A stretch of DNA of 64,000 nt, from positions 724,897 to 788,896 of the forward strand of contig NMRA01000164.1 in the NCBI GenBank assembly GCA_002633005.1, given 5' to 3'. Numbering within the stretch: position 1 is the stretch's first letter; each line of letters begins with the position of its first letter. This stretch comes from Phoronis australis. Lineage: Eukaryota > Animalia > Phoronida. This document shows, one piece after another, positions 59,126 to 64,000 of this stretch. Made by a program: the position numbers and the translations under genes. The notes below the pieces were generated by a model, which saw only the letters and a program-made list of their open reading frames with translations, was not told where the DNA came from and made no database searches.

Positions 59126-59916
59126 CTGTAATACCTGTAACACCTGTCACGGACAGGATCATTGGGGATATGCTAGTGCATTAATCCCCTCCCCAGACCA
59201 TCCCCGTGACAGCAGAAGGCGCAGAACTCCAGGGATGACGTTGCCTGTAAGCATTTGATTAGACAGCACTCGGGCACGGCTCTTCATGTGACTCTTCGCA
59301 GCATGGCCATAAATAATACCGGCTTCGAGCAGGCGGCTGCCATCATTGAACTCAGCCAGCCGGGATGCAGTCTGCTCGAGGTTGCGTTTGCGAGCCAGCA
59401 GCTTAACGTCAGCCGAATATAAGTAGAGGGGTTGGTTGGTGGTGCATGAGCCAGCGAGGTAATCTGCACGCTCATTAATCAAGACACCGGCGTGGCCAGG
59501 TACGAAAGACCAGATCACTACATGATGAGGGTGGCGTGATCGGAAGACACCCCAGTTGGCTGGGAGGTTTCCAGATTGAACTTTCATCAACACTGCCATG
59601 GAATCGGTGGCAAAGATAATGGTGTGATTCTCCAGGTCTAGGAGTGACAGCTTGGTTAGGGCACGTTGTATAGCCTCAAACTCCATCCGCGTACTGCTAT
59701 TGTATACATGGTGGCAGCCACTACCTTCTGCAATGACGTTGTTAGCACAGCGTATTTGATAACCCCATCCCGCACGATTAGTTTCCCCATCGAAGGATCC
59801 ATCAGTTGCTACAACGATGGCATTAATACCGCCAAGATCACGCCATTGCTGACGGCACAATGCTTGGGCTACTCCAGGAGGCCATTCCCGAGCTTCCCTG
59901 TTGAAATCAATGATGA
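59126..59916 (-). mobile_element. Young 5'-truncated I-group (Ingi/Nimb-like) LINE with intact RNase H ORF
   Basis: 8-bp TSD TAATAGAC (59118-59125 and 59917-59924), 3' tail of ~9-bp TACAGGT repeats, uninterrupted ORF TDGS..GWG..MEFEAI..TDS..WSFVPGHAGVLINERADYLA. Confidence 0.9.
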
Positions 59917-62496
59917 TAATAGACTTCAAGTGTTGCCTGCATTTTAGTTGTATCCTTGGTTCTACTCATGTATTAATGCTTGGGCCGTGATGACGCACAT
60001 TTACTCTAATGAATAGATTTGCCCATTTGTCAATTGTATTTACAATTCGCTTGGACTAGACGTTTGTTATTTTTGTTGCTTGTGCCTTCGCGTTGACGCT
60101 AACGCACTTTCTAATCCCGCCCAACAATTGCCCTAACATACCAAGAAAGACGGCATGAATTAATCCAAAGGACGTTCAAGGTCACAAAATACGTACTGAA
60201 TGGTGTTATTTGAATTCCTTTGGAGATGCCACAACCAGATGGAGATGAACAATGGTTCCCATGACCGATTTCTATCAGCGCAGAGACAAGGATTTTTCAA
60301 TTGATCTCCGAGTGGCAAATTGAAAACTGTTGATTTATCGATGTTTGAAAAGTTCGTTAATACAGGTTTTTGTCTATTTACGCGGTATAACCGTACCTCA
60401 ACGATACGCTGTGAACCTCGGATAACCAAAACGGATGACGAAGGATTTAAGACGAAAATTATGTAGGTGAACTAACGTTGTTTCCGTTTAATGCCAATAT
60501 ATATTTTGGATGCAACCTCAACAGCAGCGGAACAGCAAAGCTTTAGTGACGGTAACCACATTGTTTGCCTCCTTTCCAGAGGCACAGGCTCTTCGAAGAA
60601 CTAGTGTCAAACAGGCATGTGCTTCCAAATTACCGAATATTTTGCTCGAAATCGCCGTTCGGAACCTCGTGTCATGAAAGTTTGAACTTTTAGCTTTCGA
60701 ACTAATGGGGTTTAGGACTTGTGTTGATCTTCGAATTTGAAGACTTAAAAACCGTGAATTTGTACCTTAGGTCATACCTTTCCTCATTTCTAGTTTTCAT
60801 TTGAGGACATAATATGGTTTTACTACTTCGAACGTCTTGATTTCCTTTTAACCTCATTGTAGATTTTAGCGACTTGGCCTTTCGTCGATCCACTGGACTT
60901 TGACTGACTAGTATACCATTAGCATGCAGGATCTGACGCTGAGAATAGTGACATGGTACGAAATGTGCTGCAGTACTACTTACACTTATGACACCACAGA
61001 CAAAAGGTATGGTGCTGCTAAGCTGTAAATCTCTTGGAAGTTACTTGTTTCGACTGCATGCGAGTTTGTTTAACATAGAAAAGTAAAGTGAAACATCTAC
61101 TCGCCAGTCATTCAGGCATCTCTTTTTTTTCATTTAAACTCTTTCTCACCTGGTTTCAGCTCACATTTCTCAAAAACCATAGTATTTTGCAAAAGACAGA
61201 GCTCATTGATAGTAAAACAGCGGTCACAATAACAAGGTCGAATTTTTACTTAAATGCTAACTTTTCCAGAAGCGATCTAGGAAATCTCTTCATGTTCTAA
61301 AATATGATCACTTCATTTTCGTTTTGTGAACTGTGTTTAAATATTGGTATTTCAATGTTTTACATAAATGTAAACAGCTATTTCTGAGATGAATTCAAAT
61401 ATTCAAACTGAGAGAGAAATATAGAGACTTTTTTTAGGATCATACAGGACCTGAATAAGTAGCACCCTGACCTCGCTACCACTGGAAGAGAACCTAAGAT
61501 GTCGCCGATAACCGACACAAAGTAAAACCGGAGACGGAAAGGTAAAAAAGACCCGTAAGTTGCACTTCCGTGAGAGCGCACGCTGTGAGATGCTGTCTTT
61601 CCAGATACATGAAGGACGATAGTGCTGATTAAATCATGTTATTGATAACATTTGGGTCTTGCATTTACAGCTCTCCAACGGTGACAACTGTGTGGTTTCC
61701 AGATCATTGTAATAGTTCTTAAGGGTTGTAGTCTTGTTGTACTCTGGGTTGTACTCAGGTATTAGTGTTTGGATGTGATGACGCACATGTACTTCAAATG
61801 AATTGATCTCCATACATCGATCAAATCTATTACACTAGACATTTGTTGCAGGTCTTGGTAAACATTTGTGAGACGCTAGCGCTCTTTCTAATCACGACTG
61901 GCGATTGCACTAACACACTAATACAAACCCTAACATACTAAAACAACGGCATGACTGAACCCAAATGACGTTCAAGACCCCAAAATGCATGCTGAATGGT
62001 ATTAATTGAATTCCTTTGCAGATTTCACAAGCAGAAGCAGTATTGAAAACAAATTGATTTGTCGACTGTTTGTAAATTTTATTAATACACGTTTTTATCT
62101 ATTTACACGCCATACACATACCCACGATACGTTGGGACCTACGGATATCCAAAACGGAAGAAGTAAAGTAACGTTGCTTACGTTTCATACTACATTAGTA
62201 TGTATATAAGACACAGCTCGATACTCCGAAACTTCTCAAGTGTTATAACGCCTATAATACAACAAATTAGAATTTTTTGAAAAGGTCTTGTCAAGCCAAC
62301 TGAAAGTATGCTAGTTAGGTCGACAATCTATGAGACCAGAAATTAGTGATGCAAAGTCATTGACAGGGGAGCAGCACACTTTTAGTACCAGGAAACTAAA
62401 AATGTAAATAAAAGCAACAGCTCACAGACCATTGCCAAACTTTGTGGATCCTTTTGAGAGGCTTTGGCTCTTCCATGAAGTAGTTTCAAACAGGAC

Positions 62497-63000
62497 ATGG
62501 ATGGACTTATATCAATTTTGAATGACTATTTAATCGTCTGTGTAGTATCTCCTGCATATATCAATCATAATATGTATGACAATGATCTTGTTCTGTTCTT
62601 GCTCTCAGTTGACGGTCTTTTTAAACTTCTTGCAGTATGTAGACACTATGGTTTAGCACATGAACTTGAATATCACTATCAAGGGGGTACTGTTATGCAT
62701 GTGCTTTAAAAGTTAATTGTTAGGTACTTCTATCAATATGGTAACCTTTAAAGGCTGTGCAATAGATGGAACCTTTGGTGATACCATATTATGGATGACT
62801 GTGACATCTCACGGTAACGGAGAAAACTATATGTTCAAGCCTTCTGAGTAATTAGAAAATACCATATGTGTAGTATCCGTGTCCAGAATCAGTTGCTTAT
62901 CTCTTTCTGTGTTCCAATGCATAGCACGCGCCGACTGGTTTAATTTGGACATGTTCAATATCTCATATCTTTATGTGTTCAAGAGTTTTATAACTTTTTT
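62497..63000 (+). mobile_element. Degenerate LINE RT fragment
   Basis: MDGLISILN...INHNMYDNDLVL..SVDGLFKLLAVC..YG..H and DDCDISR*RRKLYVQA resemble the YADD region and thumb of a non-LTR RT. Confidence 0.65.
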
Positions 63001-63109
63001 TTATAAATTTGGAAGGTACTCTGTGTACTGTTTTTGAGGCTCGTTTTTGTAAATCGACCGTAAGACAACGTATTTACCTGTTTTGATGTCACCTGAATGA
63101 AATTTCCAA

Positions 63110-64000
63110 TGTCATTGCCTGTGGTATGAAGGAATCCGATCTCAATTTATCTACTACATTACGCACACGTGATCGTGCAGTTTGTAATACGGTATTTATT
63201 TTAAAATAGTGTTAGTATTGGTTAACTTTTGTTCAATATATCACAATGTTGATTTTAAGCGTGAGTTTTACACGGTCAAATTTTGATGCTGTTTACATTT
63301 ACTCAAAATACATCTGCAATAAAAATTATCGTATCCCATCATACCCACATGTTTCTATCGAGTATCAACCAAGCAGTCACCTGGGTTTATGTTGGAACAA
63401 AGCATGCATGTGGTGGACTGGACGTTCTGGGTTCAACATGAGGTGATTGCCGTCAAAACCTTCGAAATGTGCGTTGGTTACTAAATAAATGTCACACGAA
63501 GGATATTACACTGGACGACATCAATAACACGTTTCTGTACACAGTTATCAATACATAGCAGGATATCGGAAAACGGAAACAGCAAAGTACTAACCTATTT
63601 TGAAGTCTCTGACTGTGGTATGAATAAATCCGATATCACAATTCCTTCTAAAATACGTACATTGTCTGGCAAGTCACTGTGTCCATACAACACGCAGTCG
63701 TGCAATAATAGGGTTTTTATTTTAAAATAGCTATTAATATTAGTTAACTTTTGTTAAACATATCAATATGCCTTATTTTAGGCATGAGTTCACATGGCCC
63801 AAATTTGATGCTGTTGTCTTACATTTACTCAAAATATTTCTGCAATCAACTTTGTTATCCACTTCCTACCCACGATTCTATCGAGTACCAATAAAACAAT
63901 CGCCCATGTACATAATGCTAAAAAGCATGCATGTGGTTGACTGGCGATGTGATTGTCGTCAAAACCCTGTAAATGCGCTTTGGATAATATAAAACGGCAA
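63110..64000. repeat. Tandem repeat with ~490-bp unit (2 copies visible, runs off the window)
   Basis: CTGTGGTATGAA..AATCCGAT, TTTTAAAATAG and AAATTTGATGCTGTT recur from about 63118 and 63613. Confidence 0.75.

Larger units (their letters stand above)
43690..62500. repeat. Decayed macrosatellite, ~1.8-2.1 kb unit, 7 copies, interrupted by TEs
   Basis: Anchor GAGATGCTGTCTTACCCGATACATGAAGG-like at 43697, 48229, 51211, 55111, 57257, 59014 and 61587. Second anchor AGCTCGATACTCCGAAGGTT-like at about 45922, 48947, 56043, 57871 and 62215. Confidence 0.85.

Overview
AT-rich, repeat-dense eukaryotic genomic DNA, probably from a marine invertebrate (inference). The main feature is a minus-strand spliced gene spanning about 1.6-38.9 kb, which I assembled by hand from splice sites and reading-frame phase: 15 in-frame exons plus one probable micro-exon, giving at least about 810 aa. 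It encodes a secreted astacin (M12A) metalloprotease. The order is signal peptide, propeptide (ELDMxLTxEQ, furin-type RSKR site), an intact catalytic domain (HELGHAIGLYHEHQRPDRD, Met-turn SIMHY), an EGF-like module and at least 10 ShK domains on phase 1-1 exons. The model needs one GC donor and one GAG acceptor. The introns hold a solo LTR nested in a MITE, an internally deleted Academ transposon, two Kolobok-like TTAA elements with THAP remnants, a CR1-group LINE inside a foldback element, a hAT remnant and several MITEs. The right third (43.7-62.5 kb) is a decayed macrosatellite with 7 copies of a roughly 1.8-2.1 kb unit. It has been invaded by a Helentron-like element with about 11 CTCF-like motifs, a Kolobok-like element, a tRNA-type SINE and a young 5'-truncated RNase H LINE with an 8-bp TSD. 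Most short ORFs in the track are spurious. All family assignments are from motif recognition; no searches were run.
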